This document shows, piece by piece, positions 9,959 to 18,956 of a stretch of DNA of 64,000 nucleotides. The position numbers and the translations under genes are program-made. The notes under the pieces were generated by a model that made no database searches, had not been told where the DNA came from, and saw only the letters and a program-made list of their open reading frames with translations. The stretch comes from Terriglobia bacterium (GTDB lineage Bacteria > Acidobacteriota > Terriglobia > JAJPHL01 > JAPKYU01), in the NCBI GenBank assembly GCA_965223005.1, contig CBDCVK010000010.1:864001-928000 (forward strand), in the 5' to 3' direction. Every line of letters begins with the position of its first letter. The first letter of the stretch is position 1.

Positions 9959-10993
9959 ATGCATAGACGGACATTCATGAAGGTAGCTGGGGCCGCGGCT
10001 TCGAGTTTGGCGGTCCAGTCCTCGGCCTTAGCGCGAGATTGGGACGATCCTGCTTCGGTTCGCTATCCCGACCCCGCCGTGGAGGTAATCGACCCGCGCT
10101 TCGCGAAATACAAACTCGGCAACGCCGCCGTCGAGCGCTTGTACACCGGAACGCGGTGGGCGGAGGGTCCTGTTTGGTTCGGCGACGGGCGGTTCCTGCT
10201 CTGGAGTGATATTCCCAACAATCGGATTATGCGCTGGGTCGAGGAGACCGGCGAGGTCAGCGTTTTCCGCAAACCCTCGAACTTCAGTAACGGCAACACT
10301 CGCGACAAGCGAGGACGGCTCATCACCTGCGAGCATGGAGCGCGGCGCGTCACGCGCACCGAGCCTTCTGGCGCCATCACGGTGCTGCTCGAGAGCTTTG
10401 AGGGGAAACGGTTGAACGCGCCAAATGATGCCGTGGTTCATTCGAACGGCGGAGTCTGGTTCACCGACCCCGGCTACGGCAGTCTCTTGCATTACGAGGG
10501 GCACAAGGCGGAATTCGAATTGCCGACATGCGTCTATCACATCGATCCGGACACCGGTAAAGCGAAAGTCGTGACCGAAGAAATCGAAAAACCGAACGGC
10601 CTCTGCTTCTCGCCCGATGAATCCAAGCTCTACGTCGCCGAAACCGGAGCGACGCACAAGCCCGATCATCCGCGCCATGTTCTGGTCTATGATGTTGTGG
10701 ATGGGAAGAGCCTCGCCAACGGCCGAGTGTTTTGTGATATGGCGCCGGGTTTGGCCGACGGCATCCGGTGTGACACTGAGGGGAACCTCTGGTCCAGCGC
10801 GGCCTGGGCTGGCGAGGGCTATGACGGCGTCCATGTCTTCGCGCCGGACGGCAAGCTGATTGGCAAGATCCACCTTCCCGAGGTCTGCTCGAACCTGTGC
10901 TTCGGGGGTGCGAAGCGGAACCGGCTGTTCATGACCGGCAGCCAATCTCTCTACTCCCTCTACGTCGAAACTCAGGGCGCGCAGGTCCCCTGA
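9959..10993 (+). CDS. SMP-30/gluconolactonase/LRE family protein with Tat signal
   Basis: RBS GGAGG before ATG 9959; MHRRTFMK twin-arginine signal; WAEGPVW, NAPND, PNGLCFSPD, DGIRCD. Confidence 0.9.
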   Translation: MHRRTFMKVAGAAASSLAVQSSALARDWDDPASVRYPDPAVEVIDPRFAKYKLGNAAVERLYTGTRWAEGPVWFGDGRFLLWSDIPNNRIMRWVEETGEVSVFRKPSNFSNGNTRDKRGRLITCEHGARRVTRTEPSGAITVLLESFEGKRLNAPNDAVVHSNGGVWFTDPGYGSLLHYEGHKAEFELPTCVYHIDPDTGKAKVVTEEIEKPNGLCFSPDESKLYVAETGATHKPDHPRHVLVYDVVDGKSLANGRVFCDMAPGLADGIRCDTEGNLWSSAAWAGEGYDGVHVFAPDGKLIGKIHLPEVCSNLCFGGAKRNRLFMTGSQSLYSLYVETQGAQVP

Positions 10994-11063
10994 CAGCGGG
11001 TCGAGCCGAGGGTAGAATAGTCAACCGAGACGGCTAGGGCAGGGGTAACAGGAGGAATGCCGA

Positions 11064-11861
11064 GTGTCCAATCCCTCATCCCAACAACACGCCGGCGGCG
11101 GACCGTCAACCAACGAAGCCCCGGTTCCAGAGCCCTCCTACGCTGAACGCGCACGCACCCTGGTGTACCTCGGTCGCATTGGCAGCCTGTCGACTCTCTC
11201 CCAGAAACGGGCGGGCTGGCCGTTCGGCTCGGTGATGCCCTACGGGTTGGATCAACTCGGGCGTCCTTCCTTTCTCATAAGCACCATGGCCATGCACACC
11301 CAGAATATTCTGGGTGACTCCCGCGCCAGTCTGCTGGTCACCCAGCCCGACGCGAGCGGGGATCCGCTGGGGGCCGCCCGGGTCACGCTTATGGGAAAGA
11401 CTGCAACGGTTCCGGAGGAAGAGCTGCAACAGGTGCGGGACCTCTATCTGGCGCGGTACGAAAACGCCAGGTATTGGGTGGACTTCAAGGACTTCGCCTT
11501 CTACCGAATGGAGGTGGTCGATGTCTACTACGTGGGAGGTTTCGGCGTAATGGGTTGGGTGGGAGCTGATGAATACGCCCGAGGGGAAGCTGATCCGCTG
11601 GCCGACGCCGCCCCGGGAATCATCCGGCACATGAACACTGACCACGCGGACGCCTTGGTTGTCCTGGCGCGAGGCTTTGCCGGGCTAGAAGCGGAGGAAG
11701 CTAGGATGATATCCGTCGATCGCCTAGGCTTTCACTTGCGGTTGAAAACGGAAGACCGCGTGCATGCGGTCCGGATCCCGTTCACCCGGGAAGTGAGAAA
11801 CCCACAGGAAACGAGAACGGTTCTGGTTGAGATGGTACAGGAGGCGAGGCAACGGGTTTGA
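11064..11861 (+). CDS. HugZ/pyridoxamine-5'-phosphate oxidase-like protein with DUF2470 domain
   Basis: PFGSVMPY, MAMHTQN, RASLLV, ARVTLMG, VGGFG, HMNTDH, VDRLGF. Confidence 0.85.
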   Translation: MSNPSSQQHAGGGPSTNEAPVPEPSYAERARTLVYLGRIGSLSTLSQKRAGWPFGSVMPYGLDQLGRPSFLISTMAMHTQNILGDSRASLLVTQPDASGDPLGAARVTLMGKTATVPEEELQQVRDLYLARYENARYWVDFKDFAFYRMEVVDVYYVGGFGVMGWVGADEYARGEADPLADAAPGIIRHMNTDHADALVVLARGFAGLEAEEARMISVDRLGFHLRLKTEDRVHAVRIPFTREVRNPQETRTVLVEMVQEARQRV

Positions 11862-12001
11862 AGTCACCCCGCCTTACCCCTGGCCAGAACTGCTTACGTC
11901 CCCGGTCCGACCTCCCCTTCCGAGACCCGCTGCGCTGCATGAACTTTGCGGAGTAACGATCGTCCCAATTCCTTTTGCATGGAACTGGTTTTGTGTTCCG
12001 G

Positions 12002-13261
12002 TTACGTGTTCGGTACCGGAGGAACCACTTTTGCGACGACAGCCTTGACGGTCAGGCCCTGTACGACGATAGAAAAGACGACGACGCTATAGGTAATGGC
12101 GAGAATTAACGCCTTCATATCGTTCTCTGGCAGCGAAAAAGCCAGTGCGACGGATATGCCACCCCTCAGGCCACCCCAAACCAACACCGGCACGGCTCCT
12201 TTTGTAAACTTGCCTCGTATAGAGAGCAACAGAATGGGTATCGAGACACTGATCAGCCGAGCTCCTAATGCGATGGGGATGGCCAGTAAGGCAGCTCCAA
12301 GATAGTCAGCGTCAAAGCGCAGCAGCAAGACTTCCAAGCCAATCAGGAGAAACAGGACGGAATTGAGGATCTCGTCAATCAGTTCCCAGAAGTCGAAAAG
12401 GCGGTTACGGGTCGTCTCACTCATCGCAAAACTGGCGCCGTGGTTACCAATGAAAAGACCGGCGACGACAACCGCAATGGGACCACTGACGTGCAGGCGA
12501 AGGGCGATGGCATAGGTAGCCATCACCAAAGCTAGGCTCATGACGACTTCCAGGACGTATTCGTCGATCGCTCTCAGAGCACGGTAGGCAAGGTACCCGG
12601 CCACAATGCCCAACACGACTCCGCCAAGGGCCTCGACGACAAACAATTCAACGACATCGATGGGCCCAACAGTTCCGTGTTCACCGCGAACGGCAATGGC
12701 AAGCACAATCGTAAACACAACGACACCGACCCCATCATTGAACAGCGATTCACCGGCAATTTTCGCTTCCAACGATTTTGGTATCTTGATCGTCTTGAGA
12801 ATTCCCAACACAGCGACCGGATCGGTGGGGCTGATGAGCGAACCGAACACCAAGGCCCAGATGAACGGAATGGGAATGCCGAAGAATTGAAGGACATACC
12901 ACATGGAGGCGCCAATGATGAACGTTGACATCAGCACGCCGACAGTTGCCATCAGAGAGATGGCCCATTTGCGACTAGCCAATTCGGAGAAATCGACATG
13001 AAGGGCTCCGGCGAATAATAGGAAGCTCAACATCCCACGCATGAGGGCTTCGTGGAAATCGATCTGAACCAATGCACCCGATATTGTTGGTCCCACGTGA
13101 ATGGTCGGAACGATCAGATCGACAACAACAATCGTGAGAGACGAGGCCATGGCGATGACAAGGAGCCCAATCGTATGTGGAAGGTGCAGGTAGCGATGAT
13201 TGATGTAGCCGAATACTGCCGATAAGAACAGCAAGATCGCCGAGATATCGAGGAGAGTCAT
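12002..13261 (-). CDS. nhaP: Na+/H+ antiporter, CPA1 (NhaP-type)
   Basis: Multi-TM protein; LISPTDPVAV, AGESLFNDG, WGGLRGGISVALA. Visibly more AT-rich than its neighbours. Confidence 0.88.
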   Translation of the reverse strand: MTLLDISAILLFLSAVFGYINHRYLHLPHTIGLLVIAMASSLTIVVVDLIVPTIHVGPTISGALVQIDFHEALMRGMLSFLLFAGALHVDFSELASRKWAISLMATVGVLMSTFIIGASMWYVLQFFGIPIPFIWALVFGSLISPTDPVAVLGILKTIKIPKSLEAKIAGESLFNDGVGVVVFTIVLAIAVRGEHGTVGPIDVVELFVVEALGGVVLGIVAGYLAYRALRAIDEYVLEVVMSLALVMATYAIALRLHVSGPIAVVVAGLFIGNHGASFAMSETTRNRLFDFWELIDEILNSVLFLLIGLEVLLLRFDADYLGAALLAIPIALGARLISVSIPILLLSIRGKFTKGAVPVLVWGGLRGGISVALAFSLPENDMKALILAITYSVVVFSIVVQGLTVKAVVAKVVPPVPNT

Positions 13262-13439
13262 CAGTCCCCCTTGGAGCCTAACAATTCAGTTCTACTTGGT
13301 CCTCGTTCGAATACCGTCTCTGAATCCGCAAAATGTTACACCCGCCGAACTCCGGATGAAAGCTCTCCAGCTCTACCAACCCTGCTGCAAGTTGACTTGC
13401 CTGCGAACGGGGCGTAGCATTCGCATGATCGGGCGGCGC

Positions 13440-13535
13440 ATGATTGGCCGGACGATTGAGCAATACCGCGCAATACAGCATTGTCGAGAAGCCTGGAGAG
13501 AGCGGGAGAGGCGAGGTCTATCGTGCCACTGAGGC
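13440..13535 (+). pseudogene. Degenerate N-terminal fragment of a Ser/Thr protein kinase
   Basis: MIGRTIEQYR, then after a 10-nt GCAATAC duplication QYSIVEKPGESGRGEVYRATE; matches the MIG.TI..Y.I.EKLGEGGMGEVY.A kinase start with a decayed Gly-rich loop. Confidence 0.65.
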
Positions 13536-13600
13536 GCCCGCCATCCTGTCCGCTAGTATGAAATCGCACTCGATAAGCACATTTCCCTAACGGAGGAGCC

Positions 13601-14131
13601 ATGGCTGACCGAGAACCGGGTGTTTACGCAACGTTTGAGACTACGACGGGACGCATCATCTGCCGACTTTTCGAGGAGCATGCGCCCAAGACGGTGGAAA
13701 ACTTCATCGCGCTTGCCGAAGGGCGGCGGGAGTTCCTGGATGACTCCACCGGGGGCAAGGTCACGCGGCCTTTTTATAACAAGCTGAGGTTTCATCGCGT
13801 CCTCCCCGAATTCATGATCCAGGGTGGCTGCCCCCGGGGCGACGGCACGGGCGGACCGGGCTATAAGTTTGAAGATGAATTCCATCCCGACCTGCGACAT
13901 GACCGTCCGGGAATCCTTTCCATGGCCAATTCTGGCCCGAATACGAACGGAAGCCAGTTCTTCATCACCGTGGTGCCGACTCCCTGGCTTGACAGCCGCC
14001 ACACTGTTTTCGGCTGCGTGGTGGAAGGACAAGAAATCGCCAAACGGATTTCCGAGGCCTCCCGTGACGCCCAGGACAGACCTCGCACCCCGGTTGTTTT
14101 GGAATCCGTCAGCATTGAACGGGTGCCGTAG
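13601..14131 (+). CDS. ppiA: Cyclophilin-type peptidyl-prolyl cis-trans isomerase
   Basis: APKTVENF, FHRVLPEFMIQGG, LSMANSGPNTNGSQFFIT, HTVFG; RBS GGAGGAG. Confidence 0.93.
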   Translation: MADREPGVYATFETTTGRIICRLFEEHAPKTVENFIALAEGRREFLDDSTGGKVTRPFYNKLRFHRVLPEFMIQGGCPRGDGTGGPGYKFEDEFHPDLRHDRPGILSMANSGPNTNGSQFFITVVPTPWLDSRHTVFGCVVEGQEIAKRISEASRDAQDRPRTPVVLESVSIERVP

Positions 14132-14186
14132 GGGAACGAGTGCCGTAGGGATCGAGGAAGGGTTTGATCAAGCCAGGCAGGGACCC

Positions 14187-15155
14187 TTACTCTGCAATCA
14201 GGAGGTTTTCCGCAAAGGGCCACTCGTGGTCCATCCACTGGTCCACGCAGCGGAAACCGGTTTGCTTGGCGATCTCGGTCACTTCCTGGGCACCGAATTT
14301 GATGCTGCTTTCGGTCCAGATGGTTTCACCGCTTTGAAATGTGACCTGGAAGGCAGCCTTGGGGATGGTGACCCTCTGGCGCACCCGCGAGCGGAGATGC
14401 ATTTCAATCCGACGTTGCCGGGCGTCGTAGCGGACCACGTGCTCAAACCGGTTCAGGTCAAAGTCCGCGTCCAACTCGCGGTTCAGGCGGACGAGCAGGT
14501 TCAGGTTGAAGGCCGCTGTGACGCCGAGTGGGTCGGCATAGGCCAGCTCCAGTTGCGGCACGGGCTTTTCTAGATCCGTTCCCATCAACAACGAATCCCC
14601 GGGCAACAGGGTCCGACGAACCTGCTGCAGGAACTCGAGCGCCGCCGCACGATCGAAGTTGCCGATCGTGCTTCCCAAGAACAACACCAACAGATGGTGT
14701 CCGTCGGCGCGGCGCGCGGCCACCTCCAGCAGGCCGTCGAGATACTCCCGTTCGAGGCCCACAATGCTCACGGACTCAACCTGGCCCAATTCGCGCTGAC
14801 ACATGGCCAGGGCGGCGGCGGAGATCTCGATGGGATAATAAGCGGTATGGCTCCTTCGGGCGAGCGCTTCCAGGATCCAGCGCGTTTTCTTGCCGCTGCC
14901 GCTGCCCAATTCCGCTGCCACCACTGGTGAAGGGAGCCGCTCAACAATCGCCTCGGCGTGGGCGCGGAGCACGCGCTCATCGGCGCGCGTGACGCCATAT
15001 TCCGGCAGCAGGCAGATCACCTCAAACAGCGCGCTGCCTACATCGTCGTACAGGTACTTGGAGGGAAGCTCTTTCTGGCCCGGTTTCGACAGGCCCGCCA
15101 CCACGTCTTGCGCCAGATTGGGTACCGGGTGGGAGCTGATCGCTTCGGTCAACAT
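14187..15155 (-). CDS. egtD: L-histidine N(alpha)-methyltransferase
   Basis: KELPSKYLYDDVGSALFEVIC.LPEY, ELGSGSGKKT, FLGSTIGNF, AYADPLGVTAAFNLN, RIEMHL, IWTESS.KF. Confidence 0.9.
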   Translation of the reverse strand: MLTEAISSHPVPNLAQDVVAGLSKPGQKELPSKYLYDDVGSALFEVICLLPEYGVTRADERVLRAHAEAIVERLPSPVVAAELGSGSGKKTRWILEALARRSHTAYYPIEISAAALAMCQRELGQVESVSIVGLEREYLDGLLEVAARRADGHHLLVLFLGSTIGNFDRAAALEFLQQVRRTLLPGDSLLMGTDLEKPVPQLELAYADPLGVTAAFNLNLLVRLNRELDADFDLNRFEHVVRYDARQRRIEMHLRSRVRQRVTIPKAAFQVTFQSGETIWTESSIKFGAQEVTEIAKQTGFRCVDQWMDHEWPFAENLLIAE

Positions 15156-15166
15156 TTTCCAACCTC

Positions 15167-16501
15167 TCAGGCGCCATCCCGGGCGCAGCGAAAGCCCGCA
15201 TACATGTATTGGTAGTGGGGCTGGAACCAGTTTCGGAAGGATCGGCGCAACAGACAGGGTGCCGTCCGAGGCGATCCTCCTTTCAGGACGTAGTGCTTGC
15301 CGTCAAAGAAGTTGGCCGAGTAACCTGGGTAGAAGGGAAAGGGTTGGAAGCCCGGAAAGGGGCTGAACAGAGTCGAGGTCCACTCCCACCCGTTGCCGAG
15401 CAAGTCGGCGACGCCGAATGCACTGGTCCCCGAGGGATAGGCACCTACCGGGGCCGACTCCCCGCGATCAGAATTGAAGTTGCCATGGCGAGTCTCGGGA
15501 GGCCGATCGCCCCAGGGATAGGCGCGCTCGGACCCATCCGGGGCACCCGTTGCCGCCCGATGCCACTGTGCCTCGGTCGGTAGCGACTTACCCATCCAAC
15601 GGGCGTAGGCGCTGGCTTCGGCATGGCTAACATACACCGGCCAATCGAGCGGCAGGGGAATCTCCTCGAACATGCCACGGTAGAACCACTGCTCGCCGCG
15701 GCGGGCCCAAAAGGTCGGATGGTGGATGCCCTGTTTTTCCTTCCATTCCCAATCAGGCTCGCTCCACAGGGTTCGCTCCTGGTATCCACCGGCGGCCATG
15801 AACTCCAGGTACTGCCCGTTGGTCACCTTGTGGACATCCATGGCAAATTCGGCGACGCTGGCCGGGTGCTCTTCGAACTCGTTATCCCAACCAAAGACGC
15901 CGCCGCCGCGCAGCAGCCCCAAGGTGGCGGTGCCGGCGGGAATCTCCGCCATGCGCGGCGTCATCGGAAGCGCCGCTGGCGCCGGCGGAGTTTGCTGCCG
16001 CACTTTGTGCTCAGCCGGCAACTGATGGAACATATACGCCAACGTCTCGGTGTGCATCAGGCGGTGTTCATGGGCCACGTGAAGGCCCAGGCCGTCCCGG
16101 AGCAAGGGCTGGTCGCTCCCCGAGACGGAGATCTTCTCCAAGGCAGCGTCCAGTGTTCGACGGGCCTGCTGGTTATAGGCGCGGACCTGCTCCGCTGATG
16201 GCCAGTCCGAGGGGAGATCGGTTGGCAAGCCGCGGTCCACCGGATCGATTCCGAAGGCGAAGAGCTTGTCAAAGTCCTTGTGAAAGGAACTGAGACCCAG
16301 AGCGCGGATCCCCAGCAGGTTCCAGTCGAAGACCTCCAGGTGCCCGAGGTAAAAGATGATGCGATGGCGCTCGGAGATCGTTCGCTCGTACAGGCTCTCG
16401 GGTCTGACCATAGAGAACAGCTTGTCAGTCAGAGAACGAGCCTCGGCAATCGAGCGAAGCAGATCCTCCAGGCTGGCGCAGACACCTTGAGATTGTTCCA
16501 T
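15167..16501 (-). CDS. egtB: Non-heme iron sulfoxide synthase (EgtB/OvoA family; DinB-like plus FGE domains)
   Basis: RHRIIFYLGH, EHRLMHTET (HxxxH), FGWDNE, PVYVSHAEA, LPTEAQW, GNGWEWT, KGGS, FRNWF...AGFRCAR; 11 nt upstream of egtD. Confidence 0.8.
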   Translation of the reverse strand: MEQSQGVCASLEDLLRSIAEARSLTDKLFSMVRPESLYERTISERHRIIFYLGHLEVFDWNLLGIRALGLSSFHKDFDKLFAFGIDPVDRGLPTDLPSDWPSAEQVRAYNQQARRTLDAALEKISVSGSDQPLLRDGLGLHVAHEHRLMHTETLAYMFHQLPAEHKVRQQTPPAPAALPMTPRMAEIPAGTATLGLLRGGGVFGWDNEFEEHPASVAEFAMDVHKVTNGQYLEFMAAGGYQERTLWSEPDWEWKEKQGIHHPTFWARRGEQWFYRGMFEEIPLPLDWPVYVSHAEASAYARWMGKSLPTEAQWHRAATGAPDGSERAYPWGDRPPETRHGNFNSDRGESAPVGAYPSGTSAFGVADLLGNGWEWTSTLFSPFPGFQPFPFYPGYSANFFDGKHYVLKGGSPRTAPCLLRRSFRNWFQPHYQYMYAGFRCARDGA

Positions 16502-16592
16502 TCTCGCTCTCCACGGGCCGCGTCCTGAAGCGGTCCGTTCCTTGCAGGGCTGCCACCCAGGTTTCCTTCGATTCCCGACGCAAAACCTGCCA

Positions 16593-16622
16593 ATCGTAGT
16601 AGAGCACCATGATATTGGTCAA
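16593..16622 (-). promoter_or_regulatory. Sigma70-like promoter for egtB-egtD
   Basis: Minus strand TTGACC-N18-TACGAT, about 90 nt upstream of the ATG at 16501. Confidence 0.45.
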
Positions 16623-16656
16623 CGAGAACTGTAAAGACCCAACCGCGGTCCCAGCC

Positions 16657-16750
16657 TGGGCCCGGTGTGTAAAAGAGCATGGCCTCCTCACTCTCGCCAC
16701 TGGGGTCTCGCTACTGACGACCGGGCCCAACTCGAAAATGGTCTCGCCAC
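16657..16750. repeat. 10-bp inverted repeat with three TCTCGC(C/T)AC direct repeats
   Basis: TGGGCCCGGT (16657-16666) / ACCGGGCCCA (16720-16729); TCTCGCYAC at 16692, 16706 and 16742. Confidence 0.55.
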
Positions 16751-16823
16751 GCAAGGCCTAGAAGATTGCTCGGTCGTCCGGATCAGGATTCTGGATGCCG
16801 GCGCGGCTTGTGTGTGGGTTGTC

Positions 16824-17381
16824 TTAGCTCCGACGCCGGGGTGACGGCTTCTTCAGCACGGCCAGATGGTCCCGGTAGGCCAAGCGCACGCCAATGAAGT
16901 CCCGGTGCCTGAGCTTAAGCTCGCTTGAGATGTTGCGGATCTCGTGATCTTCCTTTGTGGAAATGGACTTGTCCGAGGAAGAAACGGCGTAGAGACAATG
17001 TAGCAAACCGATCTTCTGCTGGTGGGTGGCGATCTTGTGGAACTCCCGCGTGACCAGGAAATTCTCCGTGCCCCCAAATAACCGGCTCTGGGTCTTGGCC
17101 ATTTGCACCACCAGGATCGCCTGCTCCTCGGGGAGGCCGCTCCGTTCCATGACGATCCGCTCCATTTGGCGCGTCTCCTCCTGGCTGATGTGCATGTCCG
17201 CGTGGGCCACACGGCTTAGCAGGTACGCAAAGGCAGCAACGTACCTGGCCCGCTCCTGCTCCATATGGTCCAGAGCGTCGACGATCTTGCGCACGGTTTC
17301 CGTCTCTGGGGAAGAAGGTTCCCGCGGGTCCTCCTTCTCCAGTTCTTGCTTTTCCAGTCCGAGAAACTTCCAGATCGACAT
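16824..17381 (-). CDS. TerB family (tellurite resistance / DjlA-like) protein
   Basis: LLSRVAHADMHISQEE, LYAVSSSD.SIS..ED.EIRNISSELKL. Confidence 0.8.
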   Translation of the reverse strand: MSIWKFLGLEKQELEKEDPREPSSPETETVRKIVDALDHMEQERARYVAAFAYLLSRVAHADMHISQEETRQMERIVMERSGLPEEQAILVVQMAKTQSRLFGGTENFLVTREFHKIATHQQKIGLLHCLYAVSSSDKSISTKEDHEIRNISSELKLRHRDFIGVRLAYRDHLAVLKKPSPRRRS

Positions 17382-17491
17382 CGTTCCCTCTCACCTCTTT
17401 CCTGACACACTGTATTATGAAGCGTGAACTGCTGTTGTGACAATTGTGGAGGCAATTTCAAGCTCCGGCAGCTGATTGGAACCTCCGCCGC

Positions 17492-17647
17492 GTTGGGTTG
17501 TACCATTGGGTGCGGCAAATTGGTGCAACGAATTGGGTGCAACGACAGGTTCCGGGCGAGCCAAGAGCAACGCCAGTAACCTGAGGTGCCGGGCGGTGCA
17601 GTGAGGCGGGCTCGCAGCTCAGGCTCGTAGCTCACGGTCGCAGCTAT
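17492..17647 (+). repeat. Two degenerate 13-14 bp tandem arrays upstream of the RhaT-like gene
   Basis: GTTGGGTTGTACC / ATTGGGTGCGGCAA / ATTGGTGCAACGA / ATTGGGTGCAACGA (17492-17545); GGCTCGCAGCTCA / GGCTCGTAGCTCA / CGGTCGCAGCTAT (17609-17647). Confidence 0.6.
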
Positions 17648-18695
17648 GGAAGAACAATTTCTAGCTGGTTTAGTCTTAGGCCTGCTGGCTGGTCTGGCAA
17701 ATGGTGTCTTCTTTCTCCCGATGCGCTACACGCGGGAGTGGGAGTGGGAGAACACCTGGATCATTTTCACATTCCTTTCCACTGGTGTTCTGCCGTGGGT
17801 GGCAGCGCTTCTGGCAGTGCCGAACCTGATCGGAGTTTTGTGGGAGAGCCCTTTCAGCTACCTGCTTCCCGGCCTGATTGCGGGCGTTGCTTGGGGTGTG
17901 GCCCAGGTCTTGTATGGGTTGGGGCTTGGCATGGTGGGCATAGCCATCGGGGCTGCTGTGACGGCCAGTACTTCTGTCACGGCAGGAACTCTCGGACCGA
18001 TGATCGTCTACGCTCGCGGCAAAGTTTCCGATGATGCTGTCTTTTATTTTCTCCTCGCGGTGGCACTGATCCTGGCCGGGATTTTCCTGTACGGAAAATT
18101 CGGAGTGCGCAAAGAACGGGAGACCGCAGGAAAAACGGCAGGAAAAGAGGCGGGTGGGCAAGTGGTTAGAGGGAGCTTTCGAACCGGCTTGGTGATCTGC
18201 CTTTCCAGCGGGCCGCTCGGCACGGCATTCATCTACGGCTCGAAGTCGAGCAGTGGACTGGTGGAAAATGCCTTGCAGGCGGGCGCTTCTTCGCAAACCT
18301 TCGCCGAGTTTGCTGCCCTTCTGGTCACCTTCAATGCCGGGATGTTCCCTGGGATTGTGTATTCGATTTATAAACTGAACCGGAACCGGACTTGGGGCGC
18401 CTTTCGGAACAGGCGCGTCTTGTTTCGGAATTTCTCACTGGCGGTGGCGATGGCCGTCCTGTGGTATGGCGGGCTTTTGCTGTACAACTCGAGTGCGGTC
18501 AAACTGGGCAGCGCTATGGGACCGTCCATATCCTTCGCGCTCTTCGCTGGCGGGACCGTGTTTTTTGGCAACCTGTTTGGTTGGCTGGTGGGAGAATGGA
18601 AAGGCGCCAGCGCCAACACGATTCGAGGGTTCATCATCGGCATGGCTTTGATCGTGGCGGCAATCCTGGTGATCGCTTTCAAGGTAAATGTGTAA
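17646..18695 (+). CDS. L-rhamnose/proton symporter RhaT family (DMT superfamily)
   Basis: NGVFFLPMRYTREWEWENTW, AWGVAQVLYGLG, GNLFGWLVGEWKGA; about 10 TM segments. Confidence 0.8.
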   Translation: MEEQFLAGLVLGLLAGLANGVFFLPMRYTREWEWENTWIIFTFLSTGVLPWVAALLAVPNLIGVLWESPFSYLLPGLIAGVAWGVAQVLYGLGLGMVGIAIGAAVTASTSVTAGTLGPMIVYARGKVSDDAVFYFLLAVALILAGIFLYGKFGVRKERETAGKTAGKEAGGQVVRGSFRTGLVICLSSGPLGTAFIYGSKSSSGLVENALQAGASSQTFAEFAALLVTFNAGMFPGIVYSIYKLNRNRTWGAFRNRRVLFRNFSLAVAMAVLWYGGLLLYNSSAVKLGSAMGPSISFALFAGGTVFFGNLFGWLVGEWKGASANTIRGFIIGMALIVAAILVIAFKVNV

Positions 18696-18907
18696 GCGGA
18701 TCCCTCCCCTCGGCGCTTCCAATCGGCGCTTCTAATCAACCGGCAGAAGCCAGGGCTAGCTTTTAGAATACCGGATCCAGGCCATCCCAGCCGGAGTGCT
18801 CTATTGAACCCCGGTGCCGCCGCGGCAAGCGGAACCGTGGCTTGATTTCCCGCAGAATCCGCGGTATTCTAAGGGCTAGCCCTGGTAGGTAGTGGGTCGC
18901 AAGAGAG

Positions 18908-18930
18908 AGTGGGCGCGAGCCCACTTTTTT
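18908..18930 (+). terminator. rimP-nusA leader hairpin/attenuator
   Basis: AGTGGGC-GCGA-GCCCACT followed by TTTTT, 26 nt before the rimP ATG; fits the widespread GAGTGGG...CCCACTT rimP leader. Confidence 0.75.
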
Positions 18931-18956
18931 GTTGGTTTTTTTGGTTGCGCTGGGAA

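Noticed and set aside
16429-16680. 83-aa ORF preceded by GAGGAGG
   Set aside because: SD-ATG spacing is only 2 nt, it overlaps the egtB promoter and start, and it has no recognisable motif.
17492-17647. Tandem repeats considered as a CRISPR array
   Set aside because: Units are 13-14 nt, abutting and without spacers; no cas genes.
5099-18789. Shared 13-mer CCAGGCCATCCCA in two intergenic regions (5099 and 18777)
   Set aside because: Exact 13-mer pairs are expected by chance in 64 kb, and the flanks do not extend.
18884-18900. GGTAGGTAGTGGGTCGC, a partial match to the element IR and junction motif
   Set aside because: Only 11 nt match, with no partner IR or duplication; it lies in the rimP promoter/leader, so chance is likely.
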